Source: Leptolyngbyaceae cyanobacterium (GTDB taxonomy: Bacteria > Cyanobacteriota > Cyanobacteriia > Phormidesmidales > Phormidesmidaceae). Taken from it: DNA of 64,000 nucleotides. Shown in pieces: positions 51,186-61,650 of this stretch. Under the pieces are notes generated by a model. It did not search any database. It saw only the letters and a program-made list of their open reading frames with translations, and was not told where the DNA came from. The stretch is taken from positions 37,371-101,370 of the forward strand of contig JBHJHA010000005.1 in assembly GCA_050331235.1 (NCBI GenBank). The letters are read 5' to 3'. Numbering within the stretch: position 1 is the stretch's first letter; each line of letters opens with the position of its first letter. The translations under genes were made by a program, and so were the position numbers.

Positions 51186-52262
51186 CTACTGATCTGACAA
51201 TTTCCCTTTTTGGGGGGGAGATAAGTCGCTAAAGCCTTTAGTTTGCAACAGGCGCTTGCGTCGTTGGCGGGCCAGGGCCTGGAGGTCTACATCTAAATCT
51301 GTCTCGTCAACAATCTCGCCGGTGAGTTCTTCCAAGACATCTTCGAGGGTAACGATGCCTGATACTCCGCCAAACTCATCCACCACCACCGCGATATGTT
51401 CGCGATTGGCCTGGAAACCTTGTAATAAGGTATCGGCTCGCTCCGTTTGGGCGATAAATCTCACTGGTCGCAATTGACTACTTGCTGGTTGGTCCCCTTG
51501 AGTGCGAACGAGTGCCGTCAAGAGGTCATCCTTCAACGCAATGCCTTGAATGTGGTCAATGTCTTCTTCGATCAATAAGATGCGACTATGGGGAGAGGCC
51601 AAAATCTCCTCCCGAAGCTCTGCAATGGTAGCCTCGCCTGGGATGTAGGTCAGCTCAACCCGGGGAGTCATAATGTGGGCCGCCTCAATATCATTGAGCC
51701 GAAACACCCGACGGATCATCTCGGCTTCATCTTCTTCAATGATGCCTTCTTGATAGCCAATGGCTGCCAGTAGCTTGATTTCAGTTTCGTTGGTCGTAGG
51801 GAGCCGCCGACTGCGCGAAAAAGGAGCCGTAATCCGCTCTAGTAAAACGACAAACGGCGTCATGCCCCAAGTTAATCCTCTTACGGGGACCGCCATAAAC
51901 AGGGCAATCCGCTGGGCATATTGCTCTGCTAGGGTTTTCGGCAAAATCTCCGCAAAGACGATGACCAAGAAGGTCAAGACGCCAGAAAAGACCCCTAATA
52001 ATGTGTCGCCAAAGACCTCTGCGGCGAGGCTGCCAATCACAATACTGCCAACGATGTTGAAAAGATTGTTGAGAATCACAATTGTGGCAATGGGGCGGTT
52101 AATTTTTTGCCTGATTGAGAGTAAGGCTAAGGCCCGAGGCTTGCGCGATTGGGCCAACTGCCGCGCCTTGAGAACTGACACCGATAAAAGGGCCGTTTCT
52201 GTTCCTGAGCAAATGGCCGATCCAATCAGCATAATAAGAACGGCGATCGCAAGTTTGAGCAT
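51186..52262 (-). CDS. CNNM/CorC (hemolysin-like) DUF21-CBS protein
   Basis: SGTETAL, EILPK, IMTPR, HSRI, VVDEFGGVSGIVTLEDVLEELTGEI. Confidence 0.93.
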   Translation of the reverse strand: MLKLAIAVLIMLIGSAICSGTETALLSVSVLKARQLAQSRKPRALALLSIRQKINRPIATIVILNNLFNIVGSIVIGSLAAEVFGDTLLGVFSGVLTFLVIVFAEILPKTLAEQYAQRIALFMAVPVRGLTWGMTPFVVLLERITAPFSRSRRLPTTNETEIKLLAAIGYQEGIIEEDEAEMIRRVFRLNDIEAAHIMTPRVELTYIPGEATIAELREEILASPHSRILLIEEDIDHIQGIALKDDLLTALVRTQGDQPASSQLRPVRFIAQTERADTLLQGFQANREHIAVVVDEFGGVSGIVTLEDVLEELTGEIVDETDLDVDLQALARQRRKRLLQTKGFSDLSPPQKGKLSDQ

Positions 52263-52332
52263 CCTTCTTTGAGTGAACCGTTTTTGGGTGGCACCGCTGT
52301 TATGATCCTGCTAATCCAACTGTACGCTGCAA

Positions 52333-54249
52333 GTGGCTGTGTTTGACGTTATGACTGTTCCTGTCTTGGATGTTCGCCACCTTTCTGTTCACTTCAAAAC
52401 TGACAGCGGTTTAATCCCCGCCGTGCGCGATGTGTCGCTGCAGGTGCCCCCAGGTCAGACCTTAGGCATTGTGGGGGAGTCGGGGTCAGGTAAGTCTGTC
52501 ACTGCCCTAACCGTCATGGATCTAGTGCCTAATCCGCCCGGTGAGATTACTGCTGGGGAAATTTTCTTTCAGGCCGATCCAGTCCAGCCGGCGGTCAATC
52601 TGCGATCGCTCTCGCCGCGAACGATGCAGCAGCTCCGTGGCGACCAGATTTCCATGATTTTTCAAGAGCCGATGAGCTCGCTTAATCCGGTATATACCTG
52701 TGGTTATCAACTGACTGAGGCGATTCTACAGCATCAAGACATTTCTGCTGAGCAGGCGACACAGCAGGCGATCTCCCGCCTTCAGGAAGTCAAACTTTTA
52801 GATAGCAATGAGGAACTGACCGCCGCGATCGCCCAAGAGCAACCCAGTTTGAGTCAGGCACAAATCGCTGAGGTCGTTGCTGCCCGGCAACAAGAGATTT
52901 TAGACCGCTATCCCCATGAACTGTCCGGTGGACAACTACAGCGCATCATGATTGCCATGGCGATCGCCTGCGATCCGGTTCTGCTGATTGCCGACGAGCC
53001 GACAACGGCCCTTGATGTCACTGTTCAGGCCCGAATTCTAGATCTCCTGCGGGAGTTGCGCGATCGCCGGGGCATGGCGATGATCTTTATCACCCACGAC
53101 TTAGGCATCATCGCTGAGATTGCCGACCAGGTTGCCGTCATGTACCAAGGTCAGATCGTGGAGCAAGGGCCCGTCTGGGAAATTTTTGCCAATCCCCAAC
53201 GGGCTTATACAAAAGGGCTGTTGGCCTGTCGCCCTTCGCCGCATGAGCGACTTCAGCGACTGCCTACGGTTGCCGACTTTATGGAAGTCGTTGATGGTGA
53301 CAACGGTAAAACCGAACTCCATGAAAAGCCGCAGGACGGTCCCATTGCTGCCTATCAAACTGTGGTCAGTGCCGCCGAATCAGCTGCTCGATTAGCAGCA
53401 ATTACCCAACGAGGTCCCTTACTAAAGGTGGAAAATTTGCAGGTGGGGTATCCGATTCGGGGCGTTTTTGGCAATACCCAGCGCCATGTCATGGCGGTCA
53501 ATCATGTCTCTTTCGAAGTCTTTCAAGGCGAAACCTTTGGCTTGGTGGGCGAGTCTGGCTGTGGCAAAACCACTCTGGGTCGAGCCTTGCTGTGCTTAGT
53601 CCCCGCCATGGGGGGAAAAGTTTGGTTTGACGGTCAAGATGCCCTGAGTCGGCGCGGCTCTGCCCTCAAGAAGCTGCGGCGGGAAATGCAGTATATCTTT
53701 CAAGATCCCTTTAGTGCTTTAGATCCTAGGATGAGTATTGGTGCGGCGATCGCCGAACCTCTCAAAATCCATAAAGTCTCTCGCAGCCGCCGCAATCGTC
53801 AGGAAAGGGTCGCTTATCTGCTCGAACGGGTGGGACTTGACCCAGGATGCATCCATCGATTTCCCCATGAATTTTCCGGGGGGCAGCGCCAGCGAATTTG
53901 CATAGCCCGTGCGCTGGCGCTCAATCCACAATTCATTATTTGTGATGAATCCGTGTCTGCCCTCGATGTCTCAGTGCAAGCACAGGTGCTGAACCTGCTC
54001 AAAGAACTGCAGGAAGAATTCAAACTCACTTATATCTTTATTTCCCACGACTTGGCCGTTGTCAAGTTTATGAGCGATCGCATTATGGTGATGAACCAAG
54101 GCAAACTTGAGGAGCTAGGCCCGGCTGATAAAATTTATTATGAGCCGCAACAGCAGTATACCCAGCGGCTCATTCAGGCAATTCCTGTGGGCAATTTGGA
54201 GCGGATCAAAGAATTACAGGCGGCTCGTCAACGGGCGATCGCTAGCTAA
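52333..54249 (+). CDS. Dual-domain peptide/nickel-type ABC transporter ATP-binding protein
   Basis: GESGSGKS and [17 protein letters not shown] and [20 protein letters not shown] and DESVSALD. Confidence 0.95.
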   Translation: MAVFDVMTVPVLDVRHLSVHFKTDSGLIPAVRDVSLQVPPGQTLGIVGESGSGKSVTALTVMDLVPNPPGEITAGEIFFQADPVQPAVNLRSLSPRTMQQLRGDQISMIFQEPMSSLNPVYTCGYQLTEAILQHQDISAEQATQQAISRLQEVKLLDSNEELTAAIAQEQPSLSQAQIAEVVAARQQEILDRYPHELSGGQLQRIMIAMAIACDPVLLIADEPTTALDVTVQARILDLLRELRDRRGMAMIFITHDLGIIAEIADQVAVMYQGQIVEQGPVWEIFANPQRAYTKGLLACRPSPHERLQRLPTVADFMEVVDGDNGKTELHEKPQDGPIAAYQTVVSAAESAARLAAITQRGPLLKVENLQVGYPIRGVFGNTQRHVMAVNHVSFEVFQGETFGLVGESGCGKTTLGRALLCLVPAMGGKVWFDGQDALSRRGSALKKLRREMQYIFQDPFSALDPRMSIGAAIAEPLKIHKVSRSRRNRQERVAYLLERVGLDPGCIHRFPHEFSGGQRQRICIARALALNPQFIICDESVSALDVSVQAQVLNLLKELQEEFKLTYIFISHDLAVVKFMSDRIMVMNQGKLEELGPADKIYYEPQQQYTQRLIQAIPVGNLERIKELQAARQRAIAS

Positions 54250-54851
54250 AGCTCTGTTAACCGACACCAGTTTCTCGCACATTTTGCGATCTCGGGCATT
54301 GATTCCGTTAACTTCTTTGTCAACATTTCAAGACATCTGTAGGATTATCCAGCGGCAAAGCGATCCTGCAAAATGGCGTAACGGATTGAGCTTCCTTTGC
54401 TGTCTTCGTTCCCCGGCAAACAGACACTTTCAGCTTTTCCCAATGGCAATGGAACTCAGGGAATTAGCTACCTAATCGATGGTTGCTGCCCAGTCTCAGA
54501 GAACCCTTTAAACGTACGGCGAGCAAACGCGTCTTGCTCATAGCTTCATGCGTAGCAATGATTTTATCTTGTTAAACCCGTATATTTATCGTTCAAGTGA
54601 TTTGGATCACTTGAGTAAACTAGTCTTAGCTGAATACTGACAGGCATCGCTCAATTCACTGATTTTTATTTCAGCCGTCTACGTTTGTTAGGCCTCAAGC
54701 CATCAAAGTTTGCCTTGAGTAGGTATTAGAGGGCTACTTGTTGCCTTGAAAAGGGCTCGCTGGTTGTCCATTTTCAGACAGTGCATCTTGATCCGACGGA
54801 GAGTGTTCCGTTTGAGAGTCACAGCCTCATAAACGTGTAGTTACTATTTTA

Positions 54852-57443
54852 ATGAACAGCCCTTTGGAACAGTCCCAGGTTGAAATAAACTTGCCAGCTT
54901 ATTTTCAGAAAGCTAGTGTCTCTGAGCTGCAATTTTTTTTTGATCCTTTTCCAATAGGCATTGTTATCCATGCCGAAAATGGCGATGTCATTTATCTCAA
55001 TGGGGCCGCAAAAACCCTCTTTCGGCTCGAGACTTGCAGTTACGTGACGCTGACTACTTTTGCCCGTCTGTGCCGTTTAAAAGTGGCTGGCACAGGCGAG
55101 CAATATCCCACCGAGCGTTTGCCGGCTGCCCAAGCTTTGGCCGGTAAAACAGCTAGCAGCAAAAACATCGAAATTTTTGATCATTTTCGTCGGATTGCTT
55201 TACAGTCCCAGGCGATGCCTATGCGAGATGCTGCGGGTCACATTACCCATGCTTTAGTCGCTTATCACAGCGTGGCTGAAACCGGTATCTTGGCAACCCA
55301 TCTCGGCTCTCAATCTCAAGGAGCAGCTAACCCCAGAAAGCTGAGCTTGGCTCCTAGGTCTCATGTTTTGACGTATCCGTGGCCCGATCCGGCATGGATG
55401 GCAAGGTCGCAGGTGAATTGGTGGACGGACGATATACCGGGTACGATTTTTTTGCTTGACGTTGGGGCTGACGGTGAGGTGAGGTGCGAGTACATTAACC
55501 GTCCAGCTGAGATCATTTTTGAAGCGCCTCGGCAGGACCTCATGCGAGCTCCGGGGCAATACTTTTGGTCGCAGATGCACCCCCACGATCGCAAAGGATT
55601 CCTGATTGCGATCGCTCAGCAGACGGACAGCGATCAGCTCTTTAGCTATGAATGGTGCAGTGTTGCCCCTTCTGGTCGGGCGCGCTGGCTTGAGGTGCAG
55701 GCCCGGCCACAATTCGAGGAATCAGGAGCCGTTAGATGGCAGGGGGTTCTGCTAGATATTAGCGATCGCAAAGCGGCGGAGCTGTCACGTCAACACAGGG
55801 AACATGAACTATACCGAATCATCCAAGCGCTCCCTGACTTGATGTTTCGGGTGAGCCACGAAGGGTATTGGCTCGGCTACGTTCATACCAATCGAGTGAT
55901 CGATTGCTTACCGGCTGATTACGATCCCACAGGCCGTCATATCAGCGATCATATGCCTCCGGAGATTGCCCAGCTGCAAATGCAGTCCATTCGGCAGGCG
56001 ATCGCGACCGGCGAGATACAGATCTTTGAGCAGACATTGACTATCAGCGATCGCGTACAGCACGAGGAAATTCGTGTTGTGCCCCAGGGACAAACAGAAG
56101 TCCTCTTCATCGTGCGAAACATTACTGACCGCAAGCAGGTTGAACTAGCACTTAAGCAGCGAGAAGCTGAAAATCAGGCCATTCTTTCTGGTATCCCGGA
56201 CCTGATCTTTCGTTTAAGTCGCGATGGCACCTACCTCAGCTACTCAAAAAATCAGATTACCAAGGATCTGCTCGAAAAACATGGCGACCCGATTGGTACG
56301 AACATTACTGAATATGCCACAAGTGAATTTTATGAATCTCACATAGCAACCCAACTTGAGTACGTTCACCAAGTATTAGAAACCGGCGAAATGATGCTCT
56401 ACGAGCAACACGTTCCGATTGAGGATCGTTGGCATTTTGAAGAGGTAAGAATCATTCCAACCGGGACGGATGAAGTGATGTTTATCATTCAAAACATCGA
56501 CGATCGTAAAGCGGCCCAAGCTGCCTTGCAACAAAGTGAAGCTCAGAAACAGGCAATTCTTAAGGCTATTCCAGATTTGATGCTTCGCCTACGCCATGAT
56601 GGCGTGATTTTGGATTATATGGGCGGCACCAATTTTGTTGACTTGCTCGAGGATGGAGAAGGCTGCATCGGCCAAAATCTTCTGGCCTATGCCTCCACGG
56701 CACGTCTGAAAGCACACGTTCACCGAAAAATGACGGCGATGCGTCAGGCCCTAGATACTGGCGAAATTCAGATTTACGAACAGGAATCTCAGCTCGAACA
56801 AACGCGACAGCAAGAAGAAGTCAGAGTCGTCCCCATTACCAGTGAGGAGGTACTGGTAATGATTCGAGATATTAGCGATTACAAGCGCATCGAAGCAGAG
56901 TTGCGTGCCGTAAATGAGCAGCTAGAAGAACTTTCGCTAACGGACTCGCTGACCATGTTGGCTAACCGGCGCCGCTTCGATGAGCACCTGCAACGTGAAT
57001 GGCAACGGGCTCAGCGTGAACAAACTCCTATTTCCTTGATTTTGTTTGATCTCGACTATTTCAAACGGTTTAACGATACCTATGGACACCCTCAAGGGGA
57101 CAGCTGCCTCTATCAGGTAGCTCAAGCCGCTCTTAGAGTGGTTCATCGAGCCTCTGACTTGGTAGCGCGCTATGGCGGCGAAGAGTTTGCGGTGATCTTG
57201 TCGGATACCCACCTGAGGGGAGCATTTGTAATCGCTCAGAAAGTTTGTGAAGCGATTCGTGCGTTACAGATTCCCCATGTGTCTTCAGAGGTCGCTTCGG
57301 TCCTGACGGCTAGTTTGGGCGTTAGTTGCATTATTCCGACTCCCCAGAGTCAGCCTAATGTGTTGATTCGCCAAGCTGACCAAGCGCTGTATGCCGCTAA
57401 GCAGGCAGGGCGTAATAACTGTCAATGTTTTGTGGTGCGCTGA
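54852..57443 (+). CDS. Multi-PAS diguanylate cyclase
   Basis: About five PAS/PAC units, LTDSLT, DLDYFK, NDTYGH, RASD I-site, GGEEF. Confidence 0.95.
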   Translation: MNSPLEQSQVEINLPAYFQKASVSELQFFFDPFPIGIVIHAENGDVIYLNGAAKTLFRLETCSYVTLTTFARLCRLKVAGTGEQYPTERLPAAQALAGKTASSKNIEIFDHFRRIALQSQAMPMRDAAGHITHALVAYHSVAETGILATHLGSQSQGAANPRKLSLAPRSHVLTYPWPDPAWMARSQVNWWTDDIPGTIFLLDVGADGEVRCEYINRPAEIIFEAPRQDLMRAPGQYFWSQMHPHDRKGFLIAIAQQTDSDQLFSYEWCSVAPSGRARWLEVQARPQFEESGAVRWQGVLLDISDRKAAELSRQHREHELYRIIQALPDLMFRVSHEGYWLGYVHTNRVIDCLPADYDPTGRHISDHMPPEIAQLQMQSIRQAIATGEIQIFEQTLTISDRVQHEEIRVVPQGQTEVLFIVRNITDRKQVELALKQREAENQAILSGIPDLIFRLSRDGTYLSYSKNQITKDLLEKHGDPIGTNITEYATSEFYESHIATQLEYVHQVLETGEMMLYEQHVPIEDRWHFEEVRIIPTGTDEVMFIIQNIDDRKAAQAALQQSEAQKQAILKAIPDLMLRLRHDGVILDYMGGTNFVDLLEDGEGCIGQNLLAYASTARLKAHVHRKMTAMRQALDTGEIQIYEQESQLEQTRQQEEVRVVPITSEEVLVMIRDISDYKRIEAELRAVNEQLEELSLTDSLTMLANRRRFDEHLQREWQRAQREQTPISLILFDLDYFKRFNDTYGHPQGDSCLYQVAQAALRVVHRASDLVARYGGEEFAVILSDTHLRGAFVIAQKVCEAIRALQIPHVSSEVASVLTASLGVSCIIPTPQSQPNVLIRQADQALYAAKQAGRNNCQCFVVR

Positions 57444-57543
57444 TGGGCCAATTGATGTGGGGGCAGTCCATAAGGTGTCCCCCTGGGATATTTAATCCTT
57501 AGTGCTATGCCCATACTGTTTGGGGTGGGTTTGAGGGGTCTTT

Positions 57544-57921
57544 ATGAGGCTGTTGATTACCGCTATCGCGACAACGATTGTGCTTTCGTCTTCGGTGTAT
57601 GCCGAGTCGGCCCGAGATACGACGAGTAAAATTCGGTTTGATTTGAATCAACTGGATGAGTTTGGGCTATACGGCCCTGAAGATGGCAAGCGATCGCTCA
57701 GCTATGAGTTTTGTGTACCTAACGATTTGCAAGCGATCGAGACGGTACAGGCCATCGACCCAAGCATTGTGATCTATCTGCACTCTCCGGGGCGAGTGGG
57801 CTGTGACAAGATGGAAGTGCTCGCCATCGGCGAAACTCATCAGCCTAACTATCGCGCTGTGCTAATTGATCTGGCTAATCTAGACTCAATCGAACGGATT
57901 GAACAGTTTTGGGGCGAATGA
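57544..57921 (+). CDS. Hypothetical secreted protein
   Basis: Signal peptide; GLYGPEDGKRSLSYEFC and SPGRVGC with two Cys; GAGG upstream. Confidence 0.75.
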   Translation: MRLLITAIATTIVLSSSVYAESARDTTSKIRFDLNQLDEFGLYGPEDGKRSLSYEFCVPNDLQAIETVQAIDPSIVIYLHSPGRVGCDKMEVLAIGETHQPNYRAVLIDLANLDSIERIEQFWGE

Positions 57922-57982
57922 GGTCCTTAAGCCTTGCCTGGTTTCGGGCTTTATTTCCCGTTGTCGATAGGGTAAAGGGATG

Positions 57983-58759
57983 TTAAGGGAAGCGTCGCGA
58001 TCGCACATCCTCGCAAAATCGTTGTGCTGCGGCAATCCCCTGATGGCGGAGGTCAGTATACCGCTTGGCAAAGGGTGGTTGCCAGTCGGCAAGGCCGAGC
58101 ACGTCGGCTGTAACCAAGACCTGCCCGTCACAAAACTTGCCGGCACCAATACCAATGGTCGTGATGGAGAGGGTATGGGTGATGGTCTTAGCCAACTCTG
58201 CCGGAATGTGTTCAAGTACGATCGCAAATGCGCCCGCTTTCTCAATCGCGATCGCCTCCTTCAAAATGCGATCGGCGGCCTCGGGTGATTTGCCCTGCTT
58301 TTGAAAGCCGCCCACCTGATTGACAGACTGTGGCGTCAGCCCAACGTGACCCACCACGGGAATACCGGACTCAACTAAAGCTCGAATCGTCTCCGCCATA
58401 CGGGGATAGCCGCCCTCCAGCTTCACTGCTTGGGCACCTGCTTCCTTCAACATCTGTCCGGCAGATCGCATCGCCTCCGCGATTTCCGCTTGGTAGCTCA
58501 TGAACGGTAAGTCGACAACTAGCAAGGCGTCTCTAACCCCGCGGCGGACTGCTTTAGCATGGTGCAGCATGTCAGCTAGGGTGAGGGGTAGGGTCGTTTC
58601 ATATCCTAGGGCTACCATCGCCAGGGAATCTCCCACCAAGACCATATCGGCTCCGGCATGATCCGCAATTTGCCCGGAAATATAGTCCCAAGCGGTGAGT
58701 ACGGCCACTGATCGCGCCTGTTGCTTCCACTCAATAAATTGATTAACCCGAATCACCAT
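57983..58759 (-). CDS. panB: 3-methyl-2-oxobutanoate hydroxymethyltransferase
   Basis: [44 protein letters not shown]. Confidence 0.98.
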   Translation of the reverse strand: MVIRVNQFIEWKQQARSVAVLTAWDYISGQIADHAGADMVLVGDSLAMVALGYETTLPLTLADMLHHAKAVRRGVRDALLVVDLPFMSYQAEIAEAMRSAGQMLKEAGAQAVKLEGGYPRMAETIRALVESGIPVVGHVGLTPQSVNQVGGFQKQGKSPEAADRILKEAIAIEKAGAFAIVLEHIPAELAKTITHTLSITTIGIGAGKFCDGQVLVTADVLGLADWQPPFAKRYTDLRHQGIAAAQRFCEDVRSRRFP

Positions 58760-58922
58760 GTTGCTGCTATCTCCGGAAGCCCAGTTGTCAACGTGTTGAA
58801 CGTGTTTTTTCTATCATCGCTGACGATGAGCCTGATCGAGGTATCGCCAGACGAGAAATCACGTCGTCAGCGGAAGAAACTGGGCTCCGATAGCAACAGG
58901 CACCGTTGTCATCGGGGGCCGT
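58760..58922 (-). promoter_or_regulatory. Structured 5' leader of panB (candidate cis-regulatory RNA, pan-motif-like)
   Basis: Nested inverted repeats: 58762-58786 with 58878-58898, and 58818-58826 with 58864-58872; the outer stem includes the GGAG site. Confidence 0.6.
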
Positions 58923-58987
58923 AGATTACTTTAACGACGGATAGCTCGCTAACGATAGCTTTGCCCCAGTTGCTTCAGCCCCGGCGC

Positions 58988-60040
58988 CTAAAGTGAACTG
59001 GGGTTAGAAAAGCCTTGATGGGGAACCCCTCTGCCAGTGGAGGTGCTGACCCAACCGAGGCCCTCACGGGTGCCGACCCAAACCTTGTTGCCAACATCAG
59101 GGGCGATCGCCAATGTTTGCCGCCCTGGTAGCCCTAGAATCTCACCAAATACTTCGCCGTTGTAGGGGTTGAGGGTAAACAGTCCCGACTCAGTCCCGAC
59201 CCATAAGGCCTGATTGGGATCAAAAGCCAAGGACAACACGTTGCGCCCGTTCATCGACCCTACCTGACGAATCACCGCACCATCAGTCGGATCGACGACA
59301 AAAAGACCCGCTGGGGTGCCCACCCATAGTCCCCCTTGGGCATCCATTGCTATCGCCTGTACCGTGTCCCCAGGAATATTACGCACCACCCTGATTTCTG
59401 AGCCGCTGGCCGTATTGACCTGGGTCAACCCCGTCAAAGTCCCCACCCACAGATGTCCGGCATTGTCGAGGGCCATTATATTAGCGCTGACTCCCGACAG
59501 GGATTTCAGCGTAGTCATGAGCAGTCCTTGATCGGGACTGACCATCGCCAACCCCTGGTCAGTCCCGACCCACAAAAATCCTCGAGTGTCTACTTGTAAA
59601 TCGAGAACTCGGCTCGACGGCAGTGAAAAATTGGCGGCCGTGACCTGATTACCGCGCGGATCAACGCGAACTAAACCGGAGTAAGTCCCAGCCCAAATGC
59701 GACCAACTCGGTCCTGGGCGAGGGCACTGATCGTTCGATCTGGCATGGTTAGACGTGCCTGGACTTGCCCGGTTTCGGGATTGAGGCGAGCAATTTCTCC
59801 GCGCCAAGTACTTAGCCACAGGCTACCGGTATAGTCCTCTTGCAGGGCCGGAATGCGATAGTCAGCTGCGGGACTTTGGCTAATTTCTACGGGCAGTGGC
59901 TGAGTATGCCAGAGAGACGGTATTGCCAATGGGCCGTCGATTGTTGGCTGGTCAGCCGTGGCGGCAATCGCACTCAAGCCGCCACCCAACCCCATCGCCA
60001 AGCCCCCGACTAACCATAGACATATGTTGTTCCCTTTCAT
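58988..60040 (-). CDS. Secreted beta-propeller protein (Reg_prop-type repeats)
   Basis: Signal-like N-terminus, then seven D..G.LW(V/A)GT..GL-type repeats; start at ATG 60040 inferred. Confidence 0.85.
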   Translation of the reverse strand: MKGNNICLWLVGGLAMGLGGGLSAIAATADQPTIDGPLAIPSLWHTQPLPVEISQSPAADYRIPALQEDYTGSLWLSTWRGEIARLNPETGQVQARLTMPDRTISALAQDRVGRIWAGTYSGLVRVDPRGNQVTAANFSLPSSRVLDLQVDTRGFLWVGTDQGLAMVSPDQGLLMTTLKSLSGVSANIMALDNAGHLWVGTLTGLTQVNTASGSEIRVVRNIPGDTVQAIAMDAQGGLWVGTPAGLFVVDPTDGAVIRQVGSMNGRNVLSLAFDPNQALWVGTESGLFTLNPYNGEVFGEILGLPGRQTLAIAPDVGNKVWVGTREGLGWVSTSTGRGVPHQGFSNPSSL

Positions 60041-60225
60041 AACCGTCACCTTTGCTGAATCATCCGATTGCTTTATCCCGCCCCGTCGGCTCGCTGCTAT
60101 GCCATCGGCTAAAGGGTACAGCAATTTTTCAGAAACGGAACCTCCAGTTCTCTGGTCACGGTACTAGCCCGACGAGAGAGACGCCCCACTCGACTGGAAG
60201 GCAGGCAACATTTCGGTCAGAGTCG

Positions 60226-60822
60226 CTAGCCTTGCACGGGCTCTGGAGCATTATCCGATCCCTCAATCGCCGCCTGTTCACGCTCCTTGTCCAGACGTCG
60301 CTTGCGCGCATAAAGCTGAATAGTCACCGCCATGAGTAGCACTAACCCCGCAATCAGCCAAGTTGTAACATCGGTCGGCAGTTCGTTTTTGAAAATCACC
60401 AACATCACAATGACAACTAGTAGCAAGGTTGGAGCTTCGTTCAGCGCCCTGAACTGCTGGCTGTTCCATTTGCACTCGCCGCGCCAGAGCTGCTTCATGA
60501 GCCGGGCACAGTAGTGGTGGTAAAACAGCAGGAGGGCGACAAAGCCCAATTTGGCATGCATCCAGCCCTGCTTGAGCCAATCGGGGTTGAGCACGAGCAA
60601 CCCGATCGCCATGGCTACCGTCACGACCATGCCGGGCGTTGTGATGATCCGATACAGCCGCTTTTCCATGATCTCGTACTGGTTTTTGAGGATTGTCGCC
60701 GCTGGCTCAGGCTCTTCCTCGGCCTCAACGTGATAGATAAACAGGCGCACTAGATAAAACAGCCCGGCGAACCAAACAACTACGCCAATGATGTGAAACG
60801 CTTTGAACCAGTAGTAAGGCAT
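60226..60822 (-). CDS. hemJ: Protoporphyrinogen oxidase HemJ
   Basis: WFKAFHIIGVVVWFAGLFYLVRLFIYH, MEKRLY, WMHAKL, FRALNEAPT. Confidence 0.97.
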   Translation of the reverse strand: MPYYWFKAFHIIGVVVWFAGLFYLVRLFIYHVEAEEEPEPAATILKNQYEIMEKRLYRIITTPGMVVTVAMAIGLLVLNPDWLKQGWMHAKLGFVALLLFYHHYCARLMKQLWRGECKWNSQQFRALNEAPTLLLVVIVMLVIFKNELPTDVTTWLIAGLVLLMAVTIQLYARKRRLDKEREQAAIEGSDNAPEPVQG

Positions 60823-61125
60823 AAGTCCTCAATCCGACAACCTCGGCAGGACTTCCCAGCAGTGACTCATTTTTGCCCACTGTAAAAGCCCTGAAACCTA
60901 TTGTGAGACAGGCGATCGCGATTTTGGTGATAACGCTGTCGGATCTTAACGTTTCGAGAAAATTCTCCCTTCAGAGTCTAACCCTGCCCTTTCAATCTCA
61001 TCCTAGGACGGCAGTTGTCCTTAGATTTGAAAGGATATTTCTAGGGCTGCTTACATTTGCTAACATACGAAAGACTCCTTCGATTTGTAAGTCAAAGCTA
61101 TAGATGAGTTTGGTTTGTAAGTAGA

Positions 61126-61599
61126 ATGAAGCTTGATGCTTTGGACTCTAAAATTTTGCGATCACTCCAGCAAAATGCTCGTATTACCTGGTCGGATCTA
61201 GCCCAACAGTTGGGGCTATCTGCACCGGCCACGGCTGACCGGGTTCGCAAGCTGGAGGAGCGTGGGCTCATTCGTGGTTACGTGGCTTACATGAATGCAG
61301 ATTGCCTGGGATATGACCTCACGGCTTTTATTGCGGTCACCTTGGAGCATCCACGCGATCGCTCGGAATTCCTCGCTCAGGTCCAGGCGCTGGTGAATAT
61401 TCAAGAATGTCACCACATTGTTGGAGACGGTGACTACCTACTTAAGGTCCGCTGCCAAGGGACCGCTGGTCTGGAAAGGCTGATCAGCAACCATATCAAG
61501 GAAATTCCCGGAGTGCTGCAAACTCGGACCACGATCGCCCTCTCCACGATTAAGGAAACCATTGCTTTGCCTATCGTCGTGCCTGACAACCCGACGTAA
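61126..61599 (+). CDS. Lrp/AsnC family transcriptional regulator
   Basis: LDALDSKIL..LQQNARI, GLSAPA..DRVRKLEE.GLIRGY, ECHHIVGDGDYLLKV. Confidence 0.96.
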   Translation: MKLDALDSKILRSLQQNARITWSDLAQQLGLSAPATADRVRKLEERGLIRGYVAYMNADCLGYDLTAFIAVTLEHPRDRSEFLAQVQALVNIQECHHIVGDGDYLLKVRCQGTAGLERLISNHIKEIPGVLQTRTTIALSTIKETIALPIVVPDNPT

Positions 61600-61650
61600 T
61601 CGAGCTCTACGCCATCGCTAGCCCCGGTATACCAGATCTCTAAATGACCT

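Noticed and set aside
52790..52900. Roughly 30-aa insertion in the first ABC domain as an intein or novelty
   Set aside because: Too short, lacks intein terminal residues, and looks like a helical insertion of the kind seen in cyanobacterial homologues
54250..54851. c-di-GMP riboswitch upstream of the diguanylate cyclase
   Set aside because: GGCAAA-like words occur but I could not build the paired two-hairpin architecture
58760..58960. 6S RNA (ssaA) as the identity of the panB-upstream structure
   Set aside because: The arms do not form the single long rod with a central bubble, and the structure ends right at the panB start, which fits a leader better; an Rfam scan would settle it
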